Shown here: one piece after another, positions 25,957 through 40,195 of the stretch
Position numbering within the stretch: position 1 is the stretch's first letter
How the letters are laid out: each line of letters opens with the position of its first letter
Assembly: GCF_001194135.2 (NCBI RefSeq)
Contig: NC_068992.1
Coordinates: 51,969,922-52,033,921 of the forward strand
Length of the DNA stretch: 64,000 nt
From: Octopus bimaculoides
Lineage: Eukaryota
Direction: 5' to 3'
Position numbers and translations under genes: made by a program
Notes under the pieces: model-generated
What the model saw: only the letters and a program-made list of their open reading frames with translations
What the model was told of the DNA's origin: nothing
The model's database searches: none

Positions 25957-26226
25957 TGAAAGTGTCTCATACATTGTTTTGCAGAAATCGATATATTTGC
26001 CAATGTTAAATAAATTCAAAAATCAAATAATAACTGTTGAAAGAACCATTATCAATGTCAGAGATGGTGATGGATATTTTATTTCAATATATTTACGACA
26101 TGTATTATTATCTATACGTGTGTAATATGTATGTTTATATATCTTTATATCTATATGCATGTGTGTGTGTGTGTATGTGTGTGTGTGTATATGTGTGTGT
26201 GCGTGTGTGTCTACATATATAAATAT

Positions 26227-26435
26227 ATACTCTTTTACTTGTTTCAGTCATTTGACTGCGGCCATGCTGGAGCACCGTCTTTATCCGAGCAAATCGACCC
26301 CAGGACGTATTCTTTGGAAGCCTAGTACTTATGCTATCGGTTTCTTTTTGTCGAACCGCTATGTTACGAGGACATAAACACACCACCATCGGTTGTCAAG
26401 CGATGTTGGGGGGACAGACACACAAACATATACAC
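26227..26435 (-). mobile_element. SINE family A, 3' half
   Basis: TACTCTTTTACTTGTTTCAGTCATTTGACTGCGGCCATGCTGGAGCACC...GGTTGTCAAGCGATGTTGGGGGGAC. Confidence 0.85.
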
Positions 26436-26633
26436 ATGCATATGTACATATATACATAATGTTTTTCTATTTCCTAAATGTTGTCATGTGAAGTAGTTTT
26501 AATTACAATGCTTATGTCATCTGCATAATTAGAGTATATTACTTGAGGTACTAGTCACAATTTGAGTTATTCATCCCACCCTACTATAAAAAGATTGGTC
26601 AAAGCCCAAACAATGTCAACATCAATTACTCTC

Positions 26634-27019
26634 TTTTTATTTGTTTCAGTCATTTGATTGCAGTCATGCTGGAGCACAGCCTTTGGTCGAGCAAATTGAC
26701 CCCAGGACTTATTCTTTGGAAGCCTAGTACTTATTCTATCGGTCTCTTTTTGCCGAACCGCTAAGTTACGGGGACATAAACACACCAACATCGGTTGTCA
26801 AGCGATGTGGGGGGACAAACACAGACATGCAAACATGCATATATATACATACATAAACATATATACGATGGGCTTCTTTCAGTTTCCGTCTACCAAATCC
26901 ACTCACAAGGCACTGGTCGGCCCGAGGCTATAGTAGAAGACACTTGCCCAAGATGACACGCAGTGGGACTGAACCCGGAAACATGTGGTTGGTAAGCAAG
27001 CTACTTACCACACAGCCAC
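26634..27019 (-). mobile_element. SINE family A, near full length
   Basis: 3' body, internal (AT/AC)n linker and tRNA-like head ending ...GCTACTTACCACACAGCCAC. Confidence 0.9.
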
Positions 27020-27384
27020 CCAATGGCTACACTTGATTGTTAAATTTGAATCTATCATTAAATTTGAATATACCCCCATTTTAGTGTTATTTTAATGCAT
27101 GCAATGACTTCATGTGCTACAATGTTTCTTTTCAGGTGATGGTTTCTTAGAGCTTGGATAGCTTTGGACCATTCCATTCAGCAGTCAGCATTATTGCCAA
27201 AGTGATGGTGGATGGTCTATCTTGTTTTGTTCTAGAGGGGCACAAGCTCTTCAGCTCACATTTTTTTCTTGCATACTCATATTGAATGTTAGTATTAAGA
27301 GAAGTTTTTGTTTACTGGTAGCAATGTTCTGAAAAACTAAATCACTTTCACAAATTATCTCCCCATAATTCTCTCCCTTAGATA

Positions 27385-27460
27385 TATCATTATCATTATT
27401 GTCACTGTCGTCATCATCATCATCATCTCCGTCACTATAGTCATCATTGCAGTTATTGTT
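27385..27460. repeat. (CAT/CGT)n degenerate trinucleotide tract
   Basis: Direct reading; it explains the poly-D ORF on the minus strand. Confidence 0.85.
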
Positions 27461-27613
27461 CTGCCAGACACTAGCGTTTGCGGGTGGAAGTGGTGGCAGT
27501 GTGTCCATTGTCATTGGTTTTGTCACCATATATGCTTTATATTAAAAAATCTGATATGTATGTATGCATCTACCTATCTATATCTACATATATGTATATC
27601 TATATATATATAT

Positions 27614-27660
<47 letters not shown>

Positions 27661-28972
27661 TACATATATATATACACACACATATGTATTTCTACATATA
27701 GATATTTCCATACATACACACACAAATTGTATGTATATACAATCAGAGATGATTAAATATAAACTGCTTCCCCATATTGTATATTAAATAGAATTGTGAT
27801 AGAATACAAGAATGGTCACATGTTCTTGAAGTTTTGAGAGTAATATGAAAACAGATTTTATATATTCGCAACAAAATGAAAATGTATTGATATAAGTAAA
27901 TTTGTACAAAACATCTCAATTCTGAAGTGATAATTTGAAAAGAGACTTCTCAGTGGTTGATGAAAATTACAATTCTCTCTCTCTTTACATTGGCACAAAA
28001 GATGATGATGGCTTCATTGAACTAATTCCAGTTATTTCTATAGACATTCAGACGAATATCTGAATAAGGTATTTTTTAAATGCCAATGTTTATAATTATC
28101 CAATACAATCTGGTGGGAAAATTTTAAGCACAGAATAAGTAAAAGAATGTGTTTTATTTTCGGACACTAAAAACTCTGATATTAGATTAGGTGTGTAATT
28201 ATATTTTTGACTTATGTTCAGAATTCCATATGAAGAACAATTATTCTGTAAAGTAATGAGTTATGCCCTGGTTAGTAGATTGTGTTAGGGAATGCTAGTA
28301 TGAATGTTAAATAGATTTAAGGGAAGTTTCAACCAATAGTATTACATTTCATTAATTCCAAATATTACATGCAATGGTTTTATTTATTCAATGGTTTCGC
28401 ATCAGTAATAACAAAAAATCAGCTTTCAATTGCATACTGAAAGAGAAATCATTAGTAATTTCTGATATAATATACTTGCTTCCAGAATGATTGCACATGT
28501 TGAAACATATAATGTTTGTTAACACACTAACATTGGTGCTTTCCATTATTGACAATCATTTTATTATTGATGCTTTTGATTTATAAAAATAGAAAGATGA
28601 AGTGGCATAAAATCAGTATTTACTCAGATATTCTGCTCTTTGTGTTCAAATCCTGCTGAGGTAAAATTTTATTTTTCTTTTGTTTTAGGTTATAAAAAAA
28701 AATTAACCAAACAATAGTTGTGGATTAGTGGAACTGTAGGACTAACAGACTGGATGCTTTACCTTTATCTTTTGTACCACTTTGTGTCCTCAGTTCTAAT
28801 CCAAACAGGACATGCTTAGGTGCTAGACTTAATCTTGCACTCAATAAAGTATCATCACCTGACATCTAGGTTACTCTCACCAAAGTGCACACCGTTGCAA
28901 GTATTTGCACCAAACATCTGGATTGAGGATACCTTCCTCAATCCCAACAGTGTTACAGCCCCAGTAAAATGA

Positions 28973-29005
<33 letters not shown>

Positions 29006-29717
29006 AGACTGGAGATTAAGAAAAAAGGTTGGTCATTCTTCTAAAATCCTTATAAAGAATTATGATTTATGATGAACTTATTTTACTGTCTATTTTGAAC
29101 TCTTTTACATAAACTGTTTAGACACAAAGCCTCTCTTAACAGTTTCTTATCATTCCCAAAAACTCTAACACTGTATTTTAATACATCTATGTTCTTTTCT
29201 ACTCTAGGCACAAGGCCCGAAATTTTGGGGGAGGGGCCAGTCGATTATATCGAATATAATGATAAGGGTTGAGGTGAAGATAATAATAATAAGAGTAAAA
29301 ATAAGAATCGTACTTGACAACGGTATTCTAAAACTCAGTTACGTAATAATGGAGCATTATGTTGAAACCCTTCTGGTGCAATAAATATAATTATGCAAAT
29401 GGCAAAACAAATTTTTTTTGTGCAATAGAAAGCAATTTTCCTCTTTCAAGTAATTATTGAAAAATATTTAATAAGCATGTTGTTACACTCTCTTTTTCAA
29501 ACAAACCTAATTTAGCAGATTATATCTCTTCTATTAATCACAATAAGATTAAGAAACATTTGATTAGTAAAAAGAGCATGGGTTCAAGTGTACGTATATA
29601 AGCCAAACCTACTTTATTAGGCCATATTCTAAGGTCATGCCCATAATGGTTCATGTGAAACTGTTATTTCCAAGGCTGATTTCCGCAGCACTTCCAATAT
29701 AAGGAGCTTTAACAAAA

Positions 29718-29920
29718 GTGGTTGTAACAATAATATCAATGACATCAATGATGATGATGCTACTAATAATAATAGCAATAGGTACAGAAATGATGATAAT
29801 GACAACATTTATAATAAATGCAGTAATTATCGTGGCAGTATTAATTCGAATAATATTAATGATAACAACAATAATAATGACAATTCTAATCTCCCTGACA
29901 CTGATGAATATCTAATTGAC
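29718..29920. repeat. (AAT/GAT)n degenerate trinucleotide tract
   Basis: Direct reading; it explains the I/M/T-rich ORF. Confidence 0.85.
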
Positions 29921-31864
29921 GTCTGTAATCATAATAATAGTATATGGAATGAGGATGGAAGTACGAGTGCAGAGAATAACTCTGCTGATAATTAATGTGA
30001 ATGTGCTAATCCAATTGACTCTGTACCTTACCTGATTCACCTTCCCAGTTTAACTAATATATGCTACTGTAAGAAAAATATTGTTAGCCCACTTGATAAT
30101 AAATGTTTAACCTAGTATATTGTAAGTAAGTAGAACATGGGAAAGAAAAAATCAATGAACTCTCACTTACGTGACTTGCTGTCTTAAATCAAGATACATA
30201 GCGGCTCCACACACTTCGAAGGATAGATAAGGGGAGATGAACATCTCTCATCACAAAGATCTGGTAATTAAAAAAAAAAATGATATTGGAAATTGTTTAA
30301 CAGGGAATATTGTTAAATATGCTAAGACATGTTTTACTGATCATTATGGTTGCCATATCTCTTGTACTGAACTATAAGAAATCTCAAAATGCTTGAATAA
30401 CATTATTAATAAATTTGATGTATTGAGAATTGAATATTCCCCTTCTATCCATACAACTTTCTTATAGTTTAAGCATTTACTCTGGTGTGTTATAATATGA
30501 CTCTCTTAATTATACATTTATGCCAAAAACCTTACAGATAGTTTATTTAATTTGAATTTAAACAAATTTATTGCAATAGCATTTGAACCATATAAAACTG
30601 GTTGGTGTAACTCAATAAGTTCATAATGTAGTGATTCTAGAAAACTAATTGAATTAATAGAATTTGTCCGAAACTTCAAATTAAGCACTTTACCTGGTTA
30701 AAACCTATGAAGTATTTTCACTCTATTTTTGCTACTCTTCATATTTTGATGTCTTTTACTAGTGAGATGATTTGTTTATGCATTTGTTTATTATATTTAA
30801 TTAAATTTTAATCTTGGCTTTTGTGCTTATATAATACTTTATATTTGTTATGATTTAAATGATCTTAATTGACTCATTTCAGATGTTATACTAAATTATT
30901 ATCTTTGCTAAGTGGAGCAGTATTGTTATAGTCTGGTGTACTTAAATTATAGCTAATCTAGTTTTTCCTTAGTACGATTATTGGTTTTGCTTCCCTTTTC
31001 TATTAATTTCTGACATTAAACCTAATGTAGATTTACATATATTTATGAATTTGTTACTAATTTTTAAACTTATAACCATCTATACAGGCTTAGTTTACAC
31101 TTATGATTAATTATGTCTGTTTGAGCCACATGGTGCCAAGCATATCTTCTCCTTTCCTCTATTAATTGATCATATTCTGTTTTTCTTTAACCATTTAGTA
31201 TTATTGCCATGTAATTATAGCTTCTCACTGATTGAGTCATTCTTGCTTTTTTTTATTCTTCTCAATCTCATATTTTCACAAAATATTTTTTGGAGAATCT
31301 CTTACATTTCTATACATTAATCTTCTATGTAATTTATCTCTGTACTAATTAGCTCTTTTTCTCTTAACTTACTCTAGAGTATTCATTCTAATTATTCTAC
31401 AGTAATTAAACTATAAACATTCGTTCACATTAAATTTACCTAAATAAGTAAACAACACCAATCTTATCTACCCATACATCTGCCTACCACAACAATGTTA
31501 TATAACGAAAGAAATATAATTTATTACATCTCTTTACAACCGTGTCTGTCAATTACTTCAAAGGACTGACGGGGTCAGTTTTGAATTTGATGCTGGTTTC
31601 TGTTATAAGGAATTCATGCTTCTAGTCTGTGATTCTGGACAGAATCGGTAGATTTGAAGGTAGTTGAAGATAAAATATGCCTTTCAACTTTTCTTCTATT
31701 AAAATTTTATCTCCCACCAATCTTCTCACTTGAGGAGTCTACCTTGGGCATGTATCTTTCTCTGACAGCCTAGTTTAGCTGATTATTATCCTGCCAACGT
31801 CCGTATTGAACTGTTGGTATTCTTGCTTTGGGTATTCGTATGCTGCTGAGATTGCTGGTCTAGC

Positions 31865-32235
31865 GAAAAGCTTAGCAGAATTTCGGCCATCTTTATGTTC
31901 TGAGTTCAAATTTCATTGAGGTTGACTTCACCTTTCATCCTTTCAGGGTCAATAAAATAAGTACCAGTCAAGTACTGTGGTCAATGCAATCAGCTAATCC
32001 CCTCCACTCAAATTTCAGGCCTTGTGCATATAGTTTAAAGGATATATATGCCTGTAAGGCAGTGAGCTGTCACAACCATTAGAATGTCAGGGAAAAATGC
32101 TTCACTGCATTTTTCCTGTCTTTATGTTCTGAGTTCAAATCCTGTCGGGGTTGACTTTATTTTTCATCCTTTCAGGGTTGAGCACTGAGGTTAATGTGCT
32201 TACTCCAAAACTGCTGACCTTGAGCCAAAATCTGA
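31865..32235 (+). mobile_element. Two tandem SINE family C copies
   Basis: Both contain CTTTATGTTCTGAGTTCAAAT...TTTCATCCTTTCAGGG; the second starts AAGGCAGTGAGCTG at 32056. Confidence 0.75.
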
Positions 32236-32458
32236 TACCTGTGTGTGTGTGTGTGTGTGTAGGTGTAACTTTTGCTAATGTATATTGGTAAAGGTATGAA
32301 ATCAGTAACAAAACCAATAGTCCCTGAAGTTTTCAACTACATACATACTACGCATGGTATTTGTTTTGACCACGTTGCACAGATTTTTCCTTTCTCAGAT
32401 TTATCATCAGAACTGCAGTGAACCAGTGATTGGTCTGTTGGCAAGCTGTAACCAATAT

Positions 32459-32516
<58 letters not shown>

Positions 32517-32527
32517 CTNNNNNNNNN

Positions 32528-32745
32528 NCTGTTTCTCCACCACTGCTTGACAACTGGTGTTGGTGTGTTTGCATCTCCATGACTTAATGGTTCAGCAAAA
32601 TAATTCAATAGAATAAATACTTGGCTTAAAAAGAAGTACTGGGGTTGATTCCTTCAACTAAAATTCTTCGAGGCGGTGCCCCAACATGACTACTGTCTAA
32701 TGACTGACACAAGTAAAAGAATAAGAGAATAAAAGAATAAAATCA
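32528..32745 (+). mobile_element. SINE family A, 3' half
   Basis: GCTTGACAACTGGTGTTGGTGTGTTT...GAATAAATAC...TAATGACTGACACAAGTAAAAGAATAAGA. Confidence 0.75.
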
Positions 32746-33902
32746 AGTATTATACAATAACTAAATGCATGTATATAATTTTGTGTGGCACTTCTTTATT
32801 CTAGTTTTCATAAGTTGGATATATGTTGAGGTACCTCTTCAAGGTGGACATAACTTTCATTGACTGCTTCAGCAGTTGTGTGTGTAATGGAAGAACAGAG
32901 TAATATCTAGAAAAATTAAGGGTAGCTATTTGTGAGAGACCAGTGATATTTTGGTATGACTTGTATTGCAGAAGGGCAGTTCAAGTGAGATTTAACATGC
33001 TTGCCACTAACAAAAACGAGCAGGAATCATAGCACGTGAAGGAATATTTGAAAATCATTCAAGAAAACGAATCAATATTGAAGTTCAAAAGCTAGTGATT
33101 GTCCACTCTAAAATCACAACTCACACATGGTATGACAATATCCAGTGAAGCATAGCTCAATAACAGTTACCATTTAAGGGAATCTAATTTCAGAGTGTAA
33201 ACAGACAGATAGAAGCCAAGCCAGGTTTTTCATGCACAGATAGCTAGCTTGTTCCAAGATATAAATTTTTTTTTTCAATGATTTGATTTTGAAGAAGGGA
33301 CCATGCGTATGGCCCCTGAAACTCTTTTGAGAGTGGTGAGACTGAAGTAATTGATGTTCCTTTTAAACAGCTGCAAGTTGACAGCTATCAGAAAAAGATG
33401 GGCATTGAGGAAATTCCAGAAGAAGGATCAAGCATAATAGTTACTGCAATGCTTGGGGAGATACATGCAATTTGAGTGTTGAGAGAAGAAAGAAACATGT
33501 GAGTTAAGAGTGCCAAACTGAGGATGGTATGGGGTGAGCTACCTCAGAGGAAAAGAAGCTATTGTAATAACAGTGGAAAAGAAGCATATCTGAGAGCCAC
33601 AGCATACGTATGGGTTAAAGGTATTTATAAGCAATTTCATACAAGGGTGGTCTTTTTTGTTTTAGACGCATTCTAGAATGTCTGTGAGTGTAATTTCAGC
33701 AATATCCCAGATACTGAGGCAGTGTTTCATTTTGAGTCTCATTCAATGGAAGCTAAAGGGATGCACAGCCCTGAAGCGGAAGGTTAATCTTTATGGTTCT
33801 CTCATTGCTATGATGACAAAAGGAATCTCTAATTCTACCCATGTAACTTCATGTTTTTGTTAATGTGTTTATGCTGGAATAGTCAGTAAATTACAATGAC
33901 AC

Positions 33903-34095
33903 CTGCTTCAACCTTCTTTTCTTCTGCAGATGTGATGAAAGATGATTTCTGTCTCAGCTTTCTAAGTTTTCCCTTTTCTCTGAAGTCATCGTCCTTGAGA
34001 ACATCAGTCCCAACCATCCCACCTCTTAGGCTGTACACTTCTTCTTTCTTCAACACTGGCAGTGCTGGTGCAGAAGCAAAATCTTTTACAATTCT
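33903..34095 (-). other. Candidate coding exon or TE-ORF relic (RIVKDFASAPALPVLKKEEVYSLRGGMVGTDVLKDDDFREKGKLRKLRQKSSFITSAEEKKVEA)
   Basis: Open frame with protein-like composition between TTTGTAG| and AG|GTGTCA (weak donor). No recognised homology. Confidence 0.2.
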
Positions 34096-34577
34096 CTACA
34101 AATCCTAACAGAATCCCTTACATACATTCTTCACTGATAAATGGACATTCCAAATAGCATTTATATCTATTTCTCAGTTCCAAACCCAGCCTCTCCTAAA
34201 ATATCTCCATTTATGCATCTATCAGTTCATCCAGCCACTGCTTAATCAGATACACTGGCCACACATCCAAATGTTATGCAACACCTGCACTCCATCATTT
34301 TGTACTTCAAGTCAGCTGATTCATTGCAGATCCACTAGTTTCATGCCAGCTATCCCTATTAACACATCTACTTCCCTTCTGATCCATCAGGGTAGGTGAC
34401 AGATAGCCTCATCTTAAGTATTTTTCACATCATTCTCACAAGTAAAACACATTATAAACACAAATAACCAGAAAGATTTATATGTAACTGTACTCCAGTA
34501 CTACAGGCAATGCAAAAGAACTACAGCATATGGGGAAAAAGAATCACCCACCTCAACATACTGGACAGCTTTTACCA

Positions 34578-34684
34578 ACTACTATCCAAAATACTATTAG
34601 ACTACTATCCAAAATACTTTTAGACTACTATCCAAAATACTATTAGACTACTATCCAAAATACTATTAGACTACTATCCAAAAT
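34578..34684. repeat. 23-bp minisatellite, about 4.7 copies (ACTACTATCCAAAATACTATTAG)
   Basis: Units start at 34578, 34601, 34624, 34647 and 34670 (partial); one substitution in unit 2. Confidence 0.95.
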
Positions 34685-35746
34685 TCCACACAACATTAAT
34701 AATAAAATCACAAAAGATTTATTCATATACTGCTCAGTTCACAAACTCTGTCACTTCCCAAATTGTAGTTAATCCTTCTGGTCCCTTGCCAAAAAGAAAT
34801 TTAATAATACTCTCATTTCCAATCCCCAAACCATAATTCTTCATCAAGCAGTAATCTCATGAAAAAAAAACAAAAGAAAACTTCCCAGTTTCTGCCAGCG
34901 TTGCATCCAAATGAACACTGCACATAACAAAATAACTCCCAAATTTCACTTCACCAATCCGTCACTTGTCTAATTATATCACCTTAAATGCAAGTCAAGC
35001 GCAAAAGCATCTCTAGTAATTTTAAACCAAGAATACTACCAGACATGATGGTGTCGTTTATTTTATCTTTAAATAATGTTGTTCAGAAATAAACTGAGCA
35101 AACATTTTGATGTCTCTTTCTCTTTTCTGGAATCTGTCCTGATTTTGCAAAATCCATGCAGTGAAAAATATCGTCTTATTGAGTAAAGTTTTATTTACTG
35201 AAGCAACAGACTACAGCTCACACAGTAAAATGTAAATGCAGCTAAGTTGAACATAAGCAAAGGTGTCATGAAGGCTCGCATCCTGTTGCCAGACTGGTAC
35301 ATCATAAACTGAGAAATAGTAAAGAGAATGACTCTGAGAGGGTATGTTAGCTGCTTTTTCTCTTTTATCATGACAGTGGTGAGTGGGTCAGTAGACTAAG
35401 AAATACCAGTGATATCACCTTGCTTACAATCAACCACAAGTAATACAAGGACTGTTTCTCTATGCAAAATGTAGCTGTGAAATTGTTCTTCTATAACAAG
35501 CCATTTTACTGTTGAAAGGATTCAGAGCAATATAATTCATGAGGCATGGTATTGTTTTCCATTTCCTGCTACCAATCTCAGAGATACTTTGTTCTTCCTC
35601 CTCTCACAAAGCAATAAAAACTGTATCTTTTAAACTTCTGGAGTTAATAAAAATCATTCACAAGCTATTAACTATAACCTCCACTAAACATATTTATTTT
35701 TGAATACCAAAATAAAATATTATTGTTGCTGTCAATAATATTACTA

Positions 35747-35960
35747 TTATTACCGCTGCCTTAGCGAAGGTGGAGGTATTGTTTTCAGTTGTTTGTTTGT
35801 TTGTTTGTTAGACCATGGACAAGATATCTCACGAACTGCTGGATGGATTCAGATGAAACTTTCAGAGATGTTTGGCCCCATGACTGGCACAAACTGATTA
35901 GATTTGGGGATTGATTTGGTACCGGGCAAAGATTCTGGATTATTTCTTACATTTACTTTT
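35747..35960 (+). mobile_element. Helentron-type non-autonomous element, 5' part
   Basis: TTATTACC...CCTTAGCGAAGG..GGTATTGTTTT, (TTTG)n, GGACAAGATATCTC..GAAC..CTGGATGGATT..GATGAAACTTTCAG; homologous to 42023-42368. Confidence 0.65.
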
Positions 35961-36334
35961 CTTTACATGAAGATTACGATCTTACGTTGACGTTCAAGTC
36001 TTTCTCTGATTATCTCCCTAGAAAGCATGCTCATGGTTTCCATGTCAGTTATGGTGGCATTGCTGTCTCCAAAGTTTTATTTTCATTTCTCTATTATTAA
36101 TTTTACTCACATCTCTATTTTAGTAGAAACTAATGGATAAAGAAATAAAACTACTTAAACAATTGGCAGCAAAACCATTGGCACTAACATATTCAGTAAC
36201 AATAATAGATTTAATTTATCCTTGACAGTTTTTAGCTTTACCAATTTCGAATATTTCACTCCTGTTTCAAACCTCTTACCTACTTCACATTACAATGAAG
36301 TAATGTGAAGTAATGTGCTAAAATTCAAAACCCA

Positions 36335-36336
36335 TT

Positions 36337-36369
<33 letters not shown>

Positions 36370-36395
36370 GTCGTCGTCATCATCATCTTCATTGT
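36335..36395. repeat. (CAT)n microsatellite
   Basis: Direct reading of the sequence. Confidence 0.95.
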
Positions 36396-36410
36396 TATTG
36401 ATAAAATCAC

Positions 36411-36612
36411 AATGGTAAACTGGCAGAATTGCTTGAATGTCAAGAAAAATGTTTTGCGGTATTTGTTCTGGATCTTTATCATCTGATTTCAAATCCCTTT
36501 GTATCCTTCGGGGCGGGGAGTCAATAAAATAAAGTGCTGGCCAAGAACAAGGGATGGTTGTATCGACTAATCTACACCCGCACAAAATTGCTGGCATTGT
36601 GTCTAAATTAGA
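36411..36612 (+). mobile_element. SINE family C copy, diverged
   Basis: CTGGCAGAAT...GATTTCAAAT...CCTTCGGGG...AATAAAATAAAG...GTATCGACT...GTGTCTAAATTAGAAA. Confidence 0.65.
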
Positions 36613-38300
36613 AATCATTATTTATTGAGCAAATTTTTGTTTAGATTTGTCAAAAATTTTATTAATAAATTTTGTCCTGAAAGTACCATATTATAAAAGA
36701 AACCAAAAAAAAAATAATCAACCATGAAATCTTCAGAATTTTAGCAGAATATTTCTTTTAATTAAATGAAACTTGTTAACGATGCAAATCCTTCTGAAGA
36801 GAGCCATTTCTAGTGCTAATTAATGATAGAAAGTAACAAGAATATGCCAGCATGGTCTATAAGTGTAAATGACTAGGTAATGTATATTAAAAATCTGATA
36901 ATGAAAAACTGTACGTGGGTATGTGGTATTAAGTGAATCTCCTTTGTCACATTTTGCATTGCTGTATGAAAATATGGAAAAGAAATTAATGATGTGGATG
37001 ATGATGCATACAATGATTATGTTGGAAATACGGAGACAATGGTGATGTTGACAATGAAGGCAATGAAATAACTTGGAAATAACAATGATGATAAAACAGT
37101 CAAAATAAAATCAAATGGTTTAAGGAAGCCACCCACTCGTAATGTTTGAATTTCATGTCAGGTGTTCTTTTTCCTTTCATATATTAAGATTTTAAACAAG
37201 AGAATAATCACAATGCTGATATTTTATTTTAGAAAATGCAGTAATTCTAAGATAATTTGCTTTGTGTTAATCAAGCTGCAATAAGTTGCTCAAATAATGC
37301 ATACTACTTCCATGTTCAAGGAAGTTTCAAGCCTTCCCACCGATTGTTCACAATAGATATTCAACAATAAACACTTCATTGTCATTGTTGTCATCATCGT
37401 TGTCATCATCATTTGATATCTTATTTTCCATATTGGGGTGTGTTGGACATATATGTGTGTGGGGGTGGGGGTGGTGGTGAGCATAAGTGTGCATGTATGT
37501 ATGTGTGCATGTGTGTGTGAGTGTGTGAATGTGTATATGTATGTATATGTGTGCGTATGTGTATGTGAGTGTATGTGTGTGTGTGAGTGTCAGTGAGTGT
37601 ACAAGTGTGCATGTGTGTGTGGTATATGTGCATATATATATATGTGTGTGTGTGTGTGTACGTATGTGTATATATATNNNNNNNNNNNNNNNNNNNNNNN
37701 NNNNNNNNNNNNNNNNNNNNNNNNNNNNNNNNNNNNNNNNNNNNNNNNNNNNNNNNNNNNNNNNNNNNNNNNNNNNNNNNNNNNNNNNNNNNNNNNNNNN
37801 NNNNNNNNNNNNNNNNNNNNNNNNNNNNNNNNNNNNNNNNNNNNNNNNNNNNNNNNNNNNNNNNNNNNNNNNNNNNNNNNNNNNNNNNNNNNNNNNNNNN
37901 NNNNNNNNNNNNNNNNNNNNNNNNNNNNNNNNNNNNNNNNNNNNNNNNNNNNNNNNNNNNNNNNNNNNNNNNNNNNNNNNNNNNNNNNNNNNNNNNNNNN
38001 NNNNNNNNNNNNNNNNNNNNNNNNNNNNNNNNNNNNNNNNNNNNNNNNNNNNNNNNNNNNNNNNNNNNNNNNNNNNNNNNNNNNNNNNNNNNNNNNNNNN
38101 NNNNNNNNNNNNNNNNNNNNNNNNNNNNNNNNNNNNNNNNNNNNNNNNNNNNNNNNNNNNNNNNNNNNNNNNNNNNNNNNNNNNNNNNNNNNNNNNNNNN
38201 NNNNNNNNNNNNNNNNNNNNNNNNNNNNNNNNNNNNNNNNNNNNNNNNNNNNNNNNNNNNNNNNNNNNNNNNNNNNNNNNNNNNNNNNNNNNNNNNNNNG

Positions 38301-38369
38301 GCCAACCAAAGCCTTGTGAGTGGATTTGGTAGATGGAAACTGAAAGAAGCCCGTCGTATATATGTGTGA

Positions 38370-38401
<32 letters not shown>

Positions 38402-38587
38402 CTGTGTTTGTCCCCCAACATCGCTTGACAACCAATGCTGGTGTGTTTACATCCCTGTAACTTATCGGTTCGGCAAAAGAGTCCGATAGAATAAGTACTA
38501 GACTTACAAAGAATAAGTCCTGGGGTCGATTTTCTCAACTAAAGACGGTGCTCCAGCTTGGCCGCAGTCAAATGACTGAAACAAGTA
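38301..38587 (+). mobile_element. SINE family A (5' end lost in gap)
   Basis: CCAAAGCCTTGTGAGTGGATTTGGTAGATGGAAACTGAAAGAAGCCCGTCG...GGCCGCAGTCAAATGACTGAAACAAGTAA. Confidence 0.88.
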
Positions 38588-39332
38588 ACATTGACACATG
38601 TGTTACATGTAGCTTCTCCAAACTCAATTTGATGTAATTGTGAATAATTATCAAGCCATATACCTGCTCTTTGAAAACAATATATTGGGGTAAAATTTGT
38701 ATCCAAGAACATTAGTAATTAATGCAATTTACTCAGGAGGTGATACAGCACAAATCACAGAAGAATAAGTTCTAGTTGAAGAATTTGACTTTCTCAACTG
38801 AGATAGATATATTTTATTTAAAAGAACCAATAACATGGTAGGAAAATTTCCAGTCAAAATATTGAAAGTTTGGAAAATGGAGAATTGTGTTACAAATTCT
38901 TACAATTAGAAATATTTTTTAAGCATTCTGAACATATAGGTGATCCAATGGTCTTTGAGCAATAGATATCAATACAAATCTTTGCACATATCTAATTAAG
39001 GTAATGAAGGCATGAAGAAAGATTTCACAAGGTAACAGAGAAGAGAATTATGAAATGCTTGTTATTTTCTGAAGAGACATGCAAAACAACTAATTTTATT
39101 GATGTTGTGGTCATTGAAACTGGGTAAGCTGTGAAAATGGAAATGTGTGTGTGTCTGTGTGTATATGTGTGTGCATGTGTGTGTGTATTTGCATGTGTGT
39201 ACACATACGAAAATGGGATTGTTATCATGTTCACCATATAAAACAAAAGTCTGTCCACAGACTTTTAGTGCAAGGTGTATGAAGAAATTTTATGTTGTTC
39301 TTCCATAATACAAAAGAGTACACATATATACG

Positions 39333-39390
<58 letters not shown>

Positions 39391-40139
39391 AATACAAAGT
39401 GTGTGAGAGAAAATTGAAGTAGAAAGTAGAATAAAGATATGGCTACAGATGCCCAGATTGCTATTGCATGATTAAGCAATGCTGATACCATATAGATAAC
39501 ATTCTTTTTTGTACATCCCATACTCAGTTATGTGCTTGCTATTCATCTCAATTTGTCAATGCTTCATGCTGTTCATATCACAATCAATAAACAACACGGA
39601 AAAAAAACATTTAAAAAATGCTGTAATTATTTACTCCCATCTACATTTGTTCTTGTCTGCTATATATTATTTCTATTCTTTTTACTAAGAATTTACATAT
39701 ATAAATAAACACGTGTTTCTATGTATATACACACACATTTATATATAAGTTTGTATACATATCATACAACTGGTTATATGACTTAAAATGTAAAAACAAG
39801 TTTCCTTAACTCCCAAGAACTTTGCAAATGGTTCTTGCATGTTAAATTACAGCTCTGCTAATATATATCTCTATAGCTTCAGTCCAGAAAGAAAAAACGA
39901 AAAAATTAACATTTATCATCTAGGTTCTCCATGTTCAAGTTATACACACACATATATATATATATATNNNNNNNNNNNNNNNNNNNNNNNNNNNNNNNNN
40001 NNNNNNNNNNNNNNNNNNNNNNNNNNNNNNNNNNNNNNNNNNNNNNNNNNNNNNNNNNNNNNNNNNNNNNNNNNNNNNNNNNNNNNNNNNNNNNNNNNNN
40101 NNNNNNNNNNNNNNNNNNNNNNNNNNNNNNNNNNNNNNN

Positions 40140-40195
<56 letters not shown>

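Noticed and set aside
27135-27160. Plus-strand acceptors followed by short frames (27135 GDGFLELG*, 58804 DKQQHSYTFKLPCDIK*, and 39075-39123)
   Set aside because: Splice-like motifs of this strength are frequent in AT-rich DNA, and no consistent gene model or homology links them.
27251-27529. ORF with PPLPP and poly-D; similar acidic ORFs at 36325, 37290 and 49213
   Set aside because: Driven by (CAT/GAT)n microsatellites; no splice support or recognisable domain.
34578-34684. CRISPR-like periodic array
   Set aside because: Head-to-tail identical units with no unique spacers, in a eukaryotic context; it is a minisatellite.
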